In this document: piece by piece, positions 1-13,200 of the stretch
Layout of the letters: each line of letters begins with the position of its first letter
Position numbering within the stretch: position 1 is the first letter of the stretch
DNA from: Heterodontus francisci
Lineage: Eukaryota
Assembly: GCF_036365525.1 (NCBI RefSeq)
Contig: NC_090378.1
Span: 73,330,413-73,394,412 of the forward strand
DNA length: 64,000 nucleotides
Reading direction: 5' to 3'
Made by a program: the position numbers and the translations under genes
The notes under the pieces: generated by a model
Databases searched by the model: none
What the model saw: the letters and a program-made list of their open reading frames with translations, nothing else
Told to the model about the DNA's origin: nothing

Positions 1-2335
1 AAGACGTAAAAGATTCAGGCAAAACACCAAGGCAGCAGAGAACAGGAAATAGTCCAAGCCAATCCTGAACATGGACTCAACAGTGGAAGGTCTGAATAGC
101 CTCCTGTTGTACCTACTTTATGATATACAGCTGTGGAAAATAGTCATTACAACGTAGCCTACAACTTTGCAGCTGTGGTTACATAGGATTAGCATTGCAC
201 TTCCATGTGTGTAATCACACAGGCAAACAGTCAATAAAGGCCCTCTCTTTTATTAACATGCTCTGATATAACCTGCATTGTTTACAGTTGTCTGATTACT
301 AAAACAGTACACAGATGCAACATGCTTTGTGTACTTGGCTCCTGAAAATATACAAAGGGACTCTCCTACATATAAACAAGAACCAATAACCAGCTATATA
401 ATGGAGACTCTTTGAAAAAATAAATGCTACTATATTTTCATTGTATACAGGCTGGACAGGAAAGTGTGATTCGTAAGCAGGTGGGACTGAAGGCATAGTA
501 CAAAGTCTGATTGGCTGCACACTGCTGGACAGTGACAACAAAAATGGCAATTCACTTAATATGCTACAGTTAAATCAGGCCAGTCTACCAAAATGAAGCT
601 GGATCTTAAAAAGGGATGTTTACCAATCTGTAAAACTGAACTGTGGGTACTGAAATAATTTCCTGCCAATGTCAATCTTAGATATATATTAATCCAGATG
701 AGAAGCAGTGTTGGGTTACAATTATATAGCAATTTAATGGGGCTTTTTCTCATCAACAGGCCTCTATGGGAGTTACACAAGAACCTAACCAAATCAATAT
801 AAAACACCTGCAAATTAGCAATGTTCACTAAAAGAAGCCCTTCCATCAAAATATAACCCTATCATGGAGTGACAATGTCTTCACTTTCACCAACTGAATT
901 ACATATGCAAATTAGATCAATAGTATAATTTACTTCATATAAGAAGTTCTTATCAGTACCTGTCGTCTGATCCCCACCATCCACTCCACCCCACCCCACC
1001 ACCCCACACACAAACAGCAATTGATTGGAAGATCAGGCAGAAGCAGGAAGCAATTTGGTTGCACTCTGTTGCATCTTGAATTCCACGTTGCTTTCTAGTG
1101 GTACTTTGCAGTGGGAACTTTTGTTATCTTATTGGGCCATCTCTTTACCCATCCCCAGAGTGGTGCAACGCTTACCAATAGCCGAAGAGCCCACTTCCTC
1201 TAAGTTATGACACTGGGTCCAGGAATATGGTCAGGGTGAGGAGACAATTCCATAGTGGAATCACCTTTGCCCATGCAATAACTAGACAGAAAGTTTAGGG
1301 CAGCTTCTCCATAATATTACCATCTTTGAATTATTGACGAAAATTGAGCAGTCACCCTCTCATTTTTTCCACTGGCACAAGAAAGATGAATTTGACTATC
1401 AGTGAAATCTATCCGAGCAGACTAACAGTTAACCACAGAGGCTGCTGTTGACAGTGCAGATGTTTTGCCCTAAAGAATCAACAAGATTATTTACTTTGAA
1501 AAGTATGCACCCATGTACAAATGAAATTTCCATCTCAATTACAAATCTACTCTAACAGTGATCTAGGAAAACTGTGTTCAGTGTTTGTTTTACAAGCCCC
1601 TTGAAGTATCACCAGATTGCTGTCTGAGCAAAACTTGGTGACAACCAACAGTGATTGGCTTCCCTTTTTGTTTCATTTGGTAAGTGCACAGTCTTGTATG
1701 ATACTGAGCTATATGGATGGGGAATATCCCAGGTTTAAGTCCTGCTCAGTTACATGATTTCAGTCAAGTTGGCTTTAGGGGTTTTGCAACTGGTTTCAAT
1801 TCCTCATGTTAAAGACCATGGGAACACCACATGGCATTAATATATTCTTTCCCTTCTTTCCCTAATTTTCTCCTCTTTTCCTCTCATCACAGCCTTCAGC
1901 TATAAAATTTGAAGTGTTCCTGTTGTTTTCTCTTCCTAGAAAATGAAAAAAGAGATAACAATGGAAGCGAGGGTATCCCAGCATTCAAAGCAATTGCAAA
2001 TGCTCTCTATTGAACATCTAGATCTATAGATCTAAGAATGGGCTTTTACTGCTGTTATGAATTATGGAAAAACCCCATTCCCTTCCTTGCTTCTTCTCAC
2101 ACTGGCAGGAGAAAGCAAGAGAAGCACTAGAAAATACTAGGCAGAGGCAGACTACATGTACAAGCAGGAGATTATGATTTTGAGGCATGGGATAGGATAT
2201 CTTTTTCCAAACTCGAGTTCGTAGCTCAGTGCTCTCATTCCTGACTGCAATCTAATGATCCCTGCTGGAAAGTACCAACTGTGGATGCCAAGTGAGGGTG
2301 TTCCTTGTGGTTGAATAGTCTGTTGACACTCGCTG

Positions 2336-2363
2336 TATATATATATATATATCATATATATAT

Positions 2364-2397
<34 letters not shown>
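2336..2397. repeat. (TA)n microsatellite
   Basis: Interrupted TA dinucleotide run. Confidence 0.95.
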
Positions 2398-2399
<2 letters not shown>

Positions 2400-3738
2400 T
2401 GGTTAATCTGGTTGAAATTCTGGAAGTTGCAGACACTTGTGGACATAAACCCCAACATGGCACCATGCTCTCACAAGAGATAGGGAGTAATCTGGCAACT
2501 TTTTTTTTTGCTTGGAGCAGCAGAGCAGCATTATTTACAGTGACACAATAAGGTGTTTTAACACAACTTATAGAATTTACATTAGTTGCTTGGAGAAGAT
2601 TTTAAAGAGTTTTGCCAAGTATTTTTCACAATAAATAGGGATTATACTGTTGCCTGTTTTCCCTAAAGTTTGGAAATATTATACAGAAAAATTGCACATA
2701 AAAATGACAACACGATTTAACCCACCCCCCAGAACAGGATGAGGAATCCAAGATATTGAATGATGACATTACATCAGATGAGTGAGGAGGGAGTTATAGC
2801 ATGTGAGTGATGGAGTATAGAATGAGTTATGAAGGCCACCATCACCTCGTACTATAAATCCTAACCAACAGTACATCAGTTTTGCAGTGATACGATTAAT
2901 GTAGGATGCATTACCATTGGCTTAGAACATCCAACAGCATTGTATTACACTCAAAACTCATGGTTAACTGTACAATGATTAAATAATTATTGGTCACATG
3001 ATGTTCTTAAATTCAGTTCAGAGACTTCCGTAAATTGAATCAGCGACATGCTCTACATTCCCTCATGCATGCCCATCGCCCATCATTGAAGCAGCAGCTT
3101 GAAAATACTATATTTATTAATACTATTAATAACTCAGTTTTCAGAATTTCTTTTATGTTAAATTCATTTCAAGTCCCCTTTGCCACATTGTGATAGAAAG
3201 TAGCTTTGGGTCTGTGCTTTCCACATGGCAAACTCTCAATCAGTGCAATAAGTTTAAGGTCCTGGTAAAAGCCCAGTCCTTCCCCACATAGAAAGCAAGA
3301 CAACCCTAGGAGACTCTCAAATACTCCCTGTCAGCATGGCAGAAAAGTACCTTGGACAGAGGCTTGGCACCAGGGTTACTGCTTACTTTGTTGAATATGG
3401 AGTGGTTCACAGATGAAATAAAGGTTAAAATAACTTTTGGAACATTTAACAAAATGAATCTATATATAAAATTTGCATCAACAGTTGCAAACCAGATTAA
3501 TAAAGATGCAATTTTCAAATACCTTCAATCAGACTCACTATAATATATATATATATATAATTTATAAATATCTCAGCATAATTGAGTTGCAGTAGTAAGT
3601 TGCAGAAAATTGTAACTGGGTTTGTTTAGCAATTTGACTTGACCTTATCTTTTAATAGGGAGGGTGAACCAGTGGGAAGAAAGGTGTGATTCATACATTC
3701 AAAATGGAGGATGTACAAGGGCATGATGGTACAATGCT

Positions 3739-3744
3739 TTTATT
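3739..3744 (-). promoter_or_regulatory. Candidate polyadenylation signal (AATAAA) for the short isoform
   Basis: tttatt on + strand ~270 nt past the TAG; others at 3113-3118 and 249-254. Confidence 0.3.
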
Positions 3745-4016
3745 TGATCAACGTAAACAGGGAAAAGGTAATAACTTAAAATGGAATTATATTTTTCCCC
3801 TCATGGATGCATGCAACACATTCTGGGTCATGACCTTTAGGAGACAGAAAGAAAACTCATAACATATATGGTACAATCATGATTTTCTGAATCCAGCAGT
3901 TCACATTGCACATGTTTAGTTAATAAACAGTAAAAACCTATTTGCATCAAGCAGGCATTTCCTGTTAGCAATATTTTCAAGGTAACCACCATCCCACACT
4001 CCGCTGCACCAGCACG

Positions 4017-4236
4017 CTATGTTGCTTGGGCGCAAGACCCCTCATCAGAGGAGGCCACATGCTCTTGCAGACTTCCCAGCCTGTCCATTCCCCCACCTCC
4101 AGAATCTGCTGGCATCTCAGATTCCCTCTCCAGCCTGCTGATCTGCTCCTGGCTCCTCCTGAGGGCCTCTTCCAGTTGTCCGCGGAGTGCCTGTACAGCC
4201 AAAAGCTCGGCCTGCAGCGTCTCTTCTCTGCTGGAG
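4017..4236 (-). CDS. PDE4DIP: PDE4DIP exon SSSREETLQAELLAVQALRGQLEEALRRSQEQISRLERESEMPADSG; internal donor at 4096 (long isoform, exon 4097..4236) or read-through to TAG at 4017 (short isoform terminal exon)
   Basis: tttacttag|C acceptor (phase 2); GGA G|GTGGGG donor; open frame continues GGMDRLGSLQEHVASSDEGSCAQAT*. Confidence 0.85.
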
Positions 4237-7200
4237 CTAAGTAAAGACGTGAATTTGGAGACAAAAATCAACTGTATCAAACTATCGCAGACAGTACTTG
4301 ATGAATGGACAATAGATACTAAGAGGAATTGGGGTAGGGGGCACACTCAGCTATAGAGTGATTTTGTTCTGGTCCTTCCACTTCCCCAAACCCTTCAAGT
4401 GGTATTAGGCCTGTGACAAACTTAACTTTTCAGCTTAAGAATTCAATAAAATTCAAGTGCTGGTTACCACAGAAGCTGATCTTGGGAGCAAGAGTGGAGT
4501 GGAGGGGGAAATGAGTCTGAATTCAGAGCTCTCAAAATTGACTGAATTTTAGTTGGTGGATATGTAGGAGATTATGAAACAAAAATCACAGGGCTTCAGA
4601 TCAGGTTTCATCCAGAGATAGAGTTTGCAGTTGATGTAAATGTGGATTTATTGCTTGTTGGGGAATGTGGTGAACACAGTTTTGAAGACTGGAACAATTA
4701 AATCTTATATATTAGCAAATGCTTCAGAACCAAGATAACTTCAGCTACAGGATTATTACAGACCAGATGAATGGCCCTGTAGCACTTTTACAATGTCGAA
4801 TAGAACAGGTATAGTGATTCACAGCTCACTGCCACACATCAAGACATACATGCAATCCTGTAACCCTTGTCCTGCACAATTACTCACTCAACCAACAAGG
4901 TTAATAATAAAACTGCCCGCTGGTGCAGGTATCAGAACATATACTATGCAAATAAACATCTCAATCCTCAATGAAATGCCAGTTATCATTTATTTTTGGA
5001 TGTGGTGCAGAAAAGAAAAACAAGGAATTATACCAATTACTCTAAACAAGTTCCTCATCCCTACAGATCAGCTGGGCTGTATGCTTGGTATGCCAAGATG
5101 TCATTTTCAAGGTAACCACCACCCACACTCCACTGCACCAGCATGCAGTTAACAGTAATTCATAGGCTTTCTTTTAAAAAACGCACAGATTTATGTGCCG
5201 CTTTGGACAAGACAACAAATATAACAGCAGGACTGTGCAGATGGTGTATGTGGTACTTATCAGTGTCGTACAATTCTATTCATTTCCATGTTTCCACTTT
5301 TATAATAATCAGTATGGAAATGTACAAAAACTCATTTTTACCTTTGGAGATGTCAAGGAGTCAAATTGAGCACTCCTACTTCTAAAAGTGGTAACCAGTA
5401 TTAGCTATTTACACAGAAGTGCAAAATTACACACACACTCTCTCACGATGAATGCACATGCACGCAGACTACAAATGTTCTGCACTGGCTAGGTCCTTTT
5501 CTTACCTGTCAGTTTGAGTGTGGAATTTAACAAGGCTGTTGTAGAGTTGTCGTTCCGCACGAAGAGCTTCGCTCAGTCGTGACTGCTCCAGGGTCTGCTC
5601 TTCAAGGGCACAGATCAACTGCCAACAAACATTGGTAACCGTATAAGAATTAGGGAAGCATCACGTACTGTTTCAGAGAATGAGATGGATGATTCAGGCT
5701 ATTTGGACACACTTATAACTTCCACTGTAGGTACTTAATTTGCAGATTTTCAGCTTGGGTGCTAGAATGAGCATTACAATTGGTTTTTTTGAGCTCACTG
5801 GTTATGAAGGGGAATATTAACCATTTCCAATCACCATCCAGCAACCTCTGCTGGAAGTACACGTACAGACATCAGATGTAGAGAAGATCAGGTTTGGTTG
5901 TGATACTCCCTTTACCATGTAATTGAATAACATGTGGGCGTTCACTGTCACATATGAGTGATAGTCAGTTTGCAGCACTACCAGATGATAACCAATGTCT
6001 GTTGACCATACCCAAACAAAGAATGGTCAGTAGAGGAAGGAAATTGGGGAGAAAAAGATTATATATATATAAAAAAAGAGAGACTTATAACCAATAAACT
6101 CCTAATGGGATTAAAAGAATGAATTCTTGATTCAATCTTTTTTTTAGTCATTTTTGCCCTGTTATTTTTCAGTATTCTCAAACTTCTGATAGTTTCAAAT
6201 ACAATCCAGGTTGATTCCCATTCCATTCTTCTTCATAGATCATAAAAAACAGGAGCAAGAGTTAGCTATTCGGCTCCTCGAACCTACTACGCCATTCAAT
6301 AAGATCATGGCTGATCCGATTGCAGCCTTAACTCCACTTTCCTGCCGGCCCCCCCATAACCCTTGACTCCCTTCATTGCCTGGGACTTCCCAATCTCCAC
6401 TCACTCCAAACAATGCTGGTGAGATATAGGGGAAATTGCCTTATTATCACTGTAGCACCACTTTACGTTCAAAGAAAAATTACTTATGTACTCCTGATAA
6501 CACTTACTCATTCTGGAATAGAATCCTATGACTATCCACTCAGTCACCAGATCATCCTACGTGTCTATTTTTTAAGGTCCTTTACTTTTCCCAAACCCAT
6601 GACTCTTGACTCACTGATGAACACGAGTTGATCCAATTCCTATTTACTGTGTACAAGAAGACTTAAAAAGGGAGTTGGAACCCAGCAGAGTTCAAGCCTA
6701 CCTTGATACAAGTGTGAAAACTCCACTAAATTTTCCATTACACCTCTCCTGTGCACATGTGCACATACACAAATACCTGATTTAGCGCATATACCTCATG
6801 GTGTTTTTTTCCTCTGATTCTCTGTGTAGATGATTCCATGTTTGCCACTCGGTCCCGCAATACTAGGAGCTCCTGTGTAAGCCTCTCCATTGCTGGAAAT
6901 TCACATGGCTGAACCAGCTGCATCTGCAGATCCTGTGGTGCACCAAGACAAACATCATCATTTCAACTTTGCAACAATTCAGTTGGTGAATTACACACAG
7001 CACCAAGTCCTGGAATTTGTTTATCCAGATGTGACCAGTTACATTTGGCTCTACTGGCCTTCTAAAATTTCTTATTTAGCTAGATGATGGTTGAACAAGA
7101 TCTTCTCAAAGAGACCAGCAGGTTGGATGGTTTTTTCCCATTGTAGTGATTCAGGTTTGGATTCAGTCCAGATTGATCAGATGATTTGTTCATCTATCCG

Positions 7201-10200
7201 TTGACCACCAGAGTCCAACATGAAATCAGTCTGCATAAGCTCTACTTCACACTTCCTAGTGAGCCTGTGCTCAGAGCACAAAACTGTTCCTAATTTGTCA
7301 CAAAATTAGTAACTTCACTAACAGATAGGTGACCAAAAGCTTGGTCACAGAGAGTATAATTCAGGAAAATCGGCATGATTTGTCAAAACAGTTGCTTTTC
7401 CTTACAATTTTTGTCCTTCAATAAGCCAAATCACAACGGACCTTAATACACTCCTCCTTGATGCGAATGTTGTTTGAGAGAGCTTCAATCTCCACTGTCT
7501 GACGCTGGAACTCTCTTTCTTGGTTGGAGAGAGCAGACTGCAGTGTGGCTAGCTCAAGCTGAGAAGGAAAAAGCATAAGCTATATTCAGATACCTACCCT
7601 CTATAATCACATAGCAAAGATGGAGGCTGGTAATATATAAAACTTGAGGGAATATTTTACTTTACCATCTCTAATCTAAAATCAAAGCCATATGTCCCCA
7701 TTAACAGAAGGAAATGTCAGCAGCATTGCCAACACCCGTGATTCACTCAAATCCCAAAATCTACAATTTTTTTAATACTCATCATTCATGCAGGAAATTT
7801 AAAAATATGGTCTATGCTGCAAGACACTAAAGTTAGAAAGAATAGGAGAGAAGCCAAGATAAATCAAGGAATAGTTGTTAAATGAAGCCAAATAAGTTTT
7901 AAATGAGTTGATTGTAGGAGGAAAGGTGTTTCACAGTTCGGAGATCTTGAAAAAGAATGAGTTAGAGTCATAGATGGTTTATTCAATCTTAATTTCAATA
8001 TAATGAGGAATGGAGTTTACTGCAGTTTGCTGCATCTGCTGTGAGTAACTTGGAACACATTCCATTTTTTTCCCCCCAAAGCTCTTCATTCCTACTCTCT
8101 GAACCGTTTTCTTCTTTTCTTCAGCTGTGTTTTCCTCAGCTCTTCAGTCTGCAGCTGTTCGTTGTCAATCCATCAAATTCTGAGAGAAAAACTTACCTAA
8201 CTTTTTGTAAGGTGAATTTCTTCTTTCAGTGTGTTCCCTCTTTCATCAGTTATTCTGAGTAATAAAACTGTATGGATATTGATCCAGCTATACCTCAGTC
8301 TGCATCCACCTGAATGCCTGAGGGTTCCTTTTTCCAACAATCTTTAAGCCTTTAAAACCTAAGTGTTATTTTCTTGTTTTAAATTTCCACACCAGTTTCT
8401 TCCCATTATTTCTTTAAAGCACCAACTATTTGTCATTTAAATTAATATCAAGTATTGGCAGCTATTTGACCATGGAAACATAAGAGCCTCATTCAACATT
8501 AACACACATGCATTTTGCAGCAGGGGTGACAGGACACTGATCAGGAGTGGGCAACCTGGGTGATTTTCATCCTCCCTGGCTGACAGCATCAAGATTAACT
8601 ATAGCATCACTACTTCTCTCCCACTAACAGCACAAATCTGCGACTCAAATTTGTATCAGAAGATCTCTGTACTTCCCCTTTAAAGTCATGAATCCCCCAC
8701 ACCACGATTTATGGTGAGGAGATTTGAACCAAAATGACCAGTTGGCATGGCTTTTAATACCATACCCCAAATCTGGGAAGCTCAAAATATTTTGCCAAAC
8801 CCAGAAACAGTGATGTTAAAACTCACCCTGGTCTCTTTCTCTTTCCTCAAAACAAGCTGCAATTCCTCTTTTACCTGGTCCAGCTCAACCTGCCTGATGT
8901 CTTCTTGTTCTGAGTCAGCCATTGCTTCATCTCCATCCAAGGTTGCCTGTAGTGCTGTTAACAAGAGAAAAGAGAGGTCACTTCACACTGCGTGTAACAC
9001 ATTGGAAACAAACTTCAGAAGCATTAAACTCATGATAGGCTTTTTTGTGTTCTACACATTGTGCATTGGGAAGGCAGTAGTAGAGCTGAGTGACCTAGAT
9101 ACTGATTTACAGCATCATTCAGTTTCCAGTGGGTTCTATACTGGAAGAGGAGGAAGCTGATTAAAGCTTTTGATTATTACTATCTGTTTCATTCAGTAAT
9201 CTGTCCCATGTTTGAGCACAGAACCTGCTGGAAACTTCAGTGAAGCCACATTGTTACACCAATCAGGTGCATACCTTACGTGATTTGTAAGCAAAGTGTG
9301 AAAACTAGAAAACCAGCCCCAAAAGTCCAGTACAGCAGACCCAATTGCATCAGTGAGACATTTCCCACACTCTACATTCAAAGCTGAGAGAAATCATACT
9401 AGCAACTGAATTCCATTTAGTATTGACCAAAGTACTGCGAGCACTCAGCATGGAAATTGTCTGCTCTTACTTTACCCACTTCCTGTCTATCCATTGCTAC
9501 TTATACTGCATTTTGGATGCAGCTAGTGACAGCTGAAGATCCGATCTTGGTGCAGATGATGGGTGCTGCTTATATTTTGCCACCATTGATAATCAATACT
9601 CAGATGCAATCGGCAAAATTCTGAAAAGTAAATGGATATAAAACTTATTTTGGGAATGAATGACCTATGATTAGGGCTTAATTTCACCCACCTTCCTTTT
9701 CATTTGTATTCTGCTGGGTGTCAATGGGCTCAGAAGCCTCCATTTTCTCAGGCTGGAGGGAGGGCTCATTCTTGCTCTGACCATCCTGCACCAGCTCCTG
9801 AAGAGGTTAAAGAAACAGCTCAGATTAACTGGTTAAAAATAATTACCCCCTCCAAGAAAAAAGGTCACAACTAGAATCACAGATGGTTACAGCACAGAAG
9901 GAGGACATTCGGCCCATCGTGTCCATGCAACTCACCTTGTCCCATTCCCCTGCCTTTTCCCCCTAACCCTGAAAATGTTTATTTCCAGATAATTTTCCAA
10001 TTCCCTTTAGAAAGTCATGATTGAATCTGCCTCCACCACACTCTCAGGCAGTGCTTTCCAAATCCTAAACACTCGCTGCGTAAAGAAGTTTTTCCTCATG
10101 TCGCCATTTCTCCCTATCTACTCTGTCCAGTTCCCTCATGATTTTGAACACCTCTATCAAATCTCCTCTTAATCTTGTCTTTTACAAGGAGAACAACCAC

Positions 10201-13200
10201 AGCTTACATACAAACATACAAATTAGGAGCAGGAGTAGGCCACTCGGCCCCTCGAGCCTGCTCTGCCATTCAACAAGATCATGGCTGATCTAATTGAACC
10301 TCAACTCCACATTCCCATCTACCCCCGATAACCTTTCACCCCCTTGCTTATCAAGCTTCTCCGATCCATCCATGTAACTGAAGTTCCTTACTTCTGGAAC
10401 CATTTTCGTGCATCTTTTCTGCACTCTCTCTAATGGCTTCACATCTTTCCTAAAGTGTGGTGCCCAGAACATAATACTCCAGGTGAGCCTGAACCAGTGT
10501 TTTATACAGCTTTATCATAACTTCTTTGCTTTTGTACTCTATGCCCCTACTTATAAAGCCCAGGATCCTGTATGCTTTATTAACTGCTTTCTCAACCTGC
10601 CCTGCCACCTTCAATGATTTGTGCACATATATTCCCAGGTCCCTCTGCTCCTGCACCCCCTTTAGAATCGTATCCTTTACTTGATATTGCCTCTCCTCCT
10701 TCTTCCTACCAAAATGAATCACTTCACACTTCTCTGCATTAAACTTCATCTACTACTTGTCTGCCCATTCCACCAGCCTTGTCTATGCCCTCTTGAAGTT
10801 TATCATTATCCTCCTCACAGTTCACAATACTTCCAAATTTTGTGTCATCTGCAAATTTTGAAATTGTGTCCATTGCAGCCAAGTCTAGGTCATGAATATA
10901 TATCAAGAAAAGCAGGGGTCCTCACACTGACCCCTGTGGAACCCCACTGTATACTTTCCTCCAGTTCAAAAAACAACCATTCACCACTACTCTGTTTTGT
11001 GTCACTCAGCCAATTTCGTATCCATGCTGCTGCTGTCCCTTTTATTCCATGGGCTCTAAATTTGCTGTTAAGCCTGTTATGTGATACTTTATAAAACGCC
11101 TTTTGGAAGTCCATGTACACCACATCAACCACATTACCCTCATCAAAAAAACTCAAGGCAGTCAGCTAAACATGATTTGCCCTTAACAAATCTGTGTTGG
11201 CTGTCCTCAATTATTCCACATTTGACCAAGTGACTATGAACTTTGTCCCAAAATATCGTTTCTAAAAGTTCTCTCATCACGGAGGTTAAACTGACCGGCC
11301 TGTGGTTGCTGGGCTTATCCTTACACCCTTGTTTAAAAAGAGTGTAACATTTGCAATTCTCCAGTCCTCTGGCACCACCCCTGTATTTAAGAAGGTTTGG
11401 AAGATTATGGCCAGTGCCTCTGCAATTTCCATCCTTACTTCCCTCAGTATCTGTTGCATGATTGCCTTGAAGAATGATGGTCTTTTAAGATTTTAGTATG
11501 CTAATGAGCCAAGTACCAAGATGTAATCATGTGACTACAAGCCTGAGGCACTCTGCTACTGTAACACCTAGAGGCAAGCTATGTAGGTAGTTAACTCTGT
11601 ACTATGTCGAATAGCTTAGCTGTAAACAAACCTGTTTGAGGTCTTCAACAACCTGGACTCCACATATCTCAGTCATGTTGCATCAGACAACATAAAAACA
11701 ACTCATTATATGGTGGCAGCTGTCCTTGGATGCATCCCATCCAGTTCTGGTGACTTATCAACTCTCAGTACAGCCAGCCTATCTAATATCTCCTCTTTAT
11801 CAACTGGTCTTCAGAATTTCCTTTTTGTAAAATATCAAAATGTGTTTTACAACACAACATTGTGACAGAATCTGGTATGAAATCTAAGAAATGATTCAAT
11901 AATCAGACACTCCAGGCAGGGAATGCTTCACGAGAAATCCCAAGTGGCAGCCCATGATTTTCCATCCATTAAGCCCAAAGTTCTGCAAAATGTACTCCTG
12001 ACACGCGTGGCTCCCTGGGAGCGCTAGACTGCAAAAACATGCTACCAGTATATAGTGCAGCCCTGCTCTCAAGTAAAAGGTGAATAAATCGTTGGCCTAT
12101 TTTAAAAAAAAAAGCAGTGATATTATATCAGATATCAAACTGAGCTTCTGTCTATTCCATTGATTCAGACGGATGTTAAATATGCCAGGGCACTATTTGA
12201 GGAAGAGCAGGAAATTCTTCTGGTGTTCTAGCTAACATTTCTTCCTCAGCCAACACCATCAAAAACAGATCAAATAATCATTCATCTCACTGATGTTTGC
12301 GTGAACTTGCAACCACGGTTTCCATTAGCTTCCTGACACAATAACAGTCACCACACTTCAAAAAATAATTAATTATGTGAGGCACCTTGAGGTGTTTCAA
12401 TCTAATAAATCTCTATGTAAATGTTAAGTATTACTATATATCTCAAAGATAATAGATACTTTTCTTTTCTTAACCCTGGTGCTCTCTTTGCCTCATACAT
12501 CACTGTATACTGAGAGTGATTACGTTACCTGCTCCCAGGCATCAGCCTCAGACCTGCAGTATCTTCTCTCTCTCATTTTTCTTCAATTTTCTTCTATCCC
12601 CCATCAAATTTTCGATCTCAGCTGCTGACTTATGTTGGGAAGCATTTACTTGAGCATTATCAGTCCTCCTGTACCTGACCCAACAAGCCATTCTTCCTGT
12701 GAGAGCCTGGACAACAAGCACTAGCAGCTATTTTTCATGGGGAGGGAGTGGTGGAAGATCCAGGAAAGGGCACGGAATTGTAGTTAAGCCTGATCCTATC
12801 TTCACTTACATCCATCCAAGTCCATTCTTCCAAAAGGAATGGCAGATGTTACTGGATAATGATCAGAAAGGGAATCCTGGCTGAATTCTTCCTCTTTCAA
12901 ACTGAAAGACACTAAAGATAATTGTCCTTGCTAAGATCAGCTGACTCAGCACAATCCAAGGAAATAGTGGAAAAGATGGCTGCCAAGTCCTGGACTTACA
13001 ACAATCAACAAAATTACATCAAAACTTAAGGACTGTTTCAAATCTGGAATTTTATATAGAATTCCATACAATGGGAGAAAATGGAAGGAAGTTAGTTAAC
13101 TGTATCCAAGTTTGTTTCAGTTTGAACAGAGTTTTTCTGTTGTTAGCAATCATCAACACTGTAATGAGACCATTCTACAGCAGCAACAGCATTGGGGTCA

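Larger units (their letters stand above)
9872..11800 (-). mobile_element. Decayed CR1 (HER1-like) LINE, RT region and 3' end, with nested insertions
   Basis: Frameshifted RT peptides: DVVYMDFQKAFYKVSH, MKFNAEKCEVIHFGRK, LYKTLV..HLEY, FWAPHFRKDVKPLERVQKR. Confidence 0.9.

Noticed and set aside
1-3970. Further long-isoform coding exons
   Set aside because: No myomegalin-like peptide with splice sites was found; the short ORFs look random or microsatellite-derived.
7401-7441. Stronger downstream donor (GTAAGG) replacing the weak GTCCGT donor
   Set aside because: The 36-nt extension contains an in-frame TGA; exon length at 7442 matches the recalled human exon.
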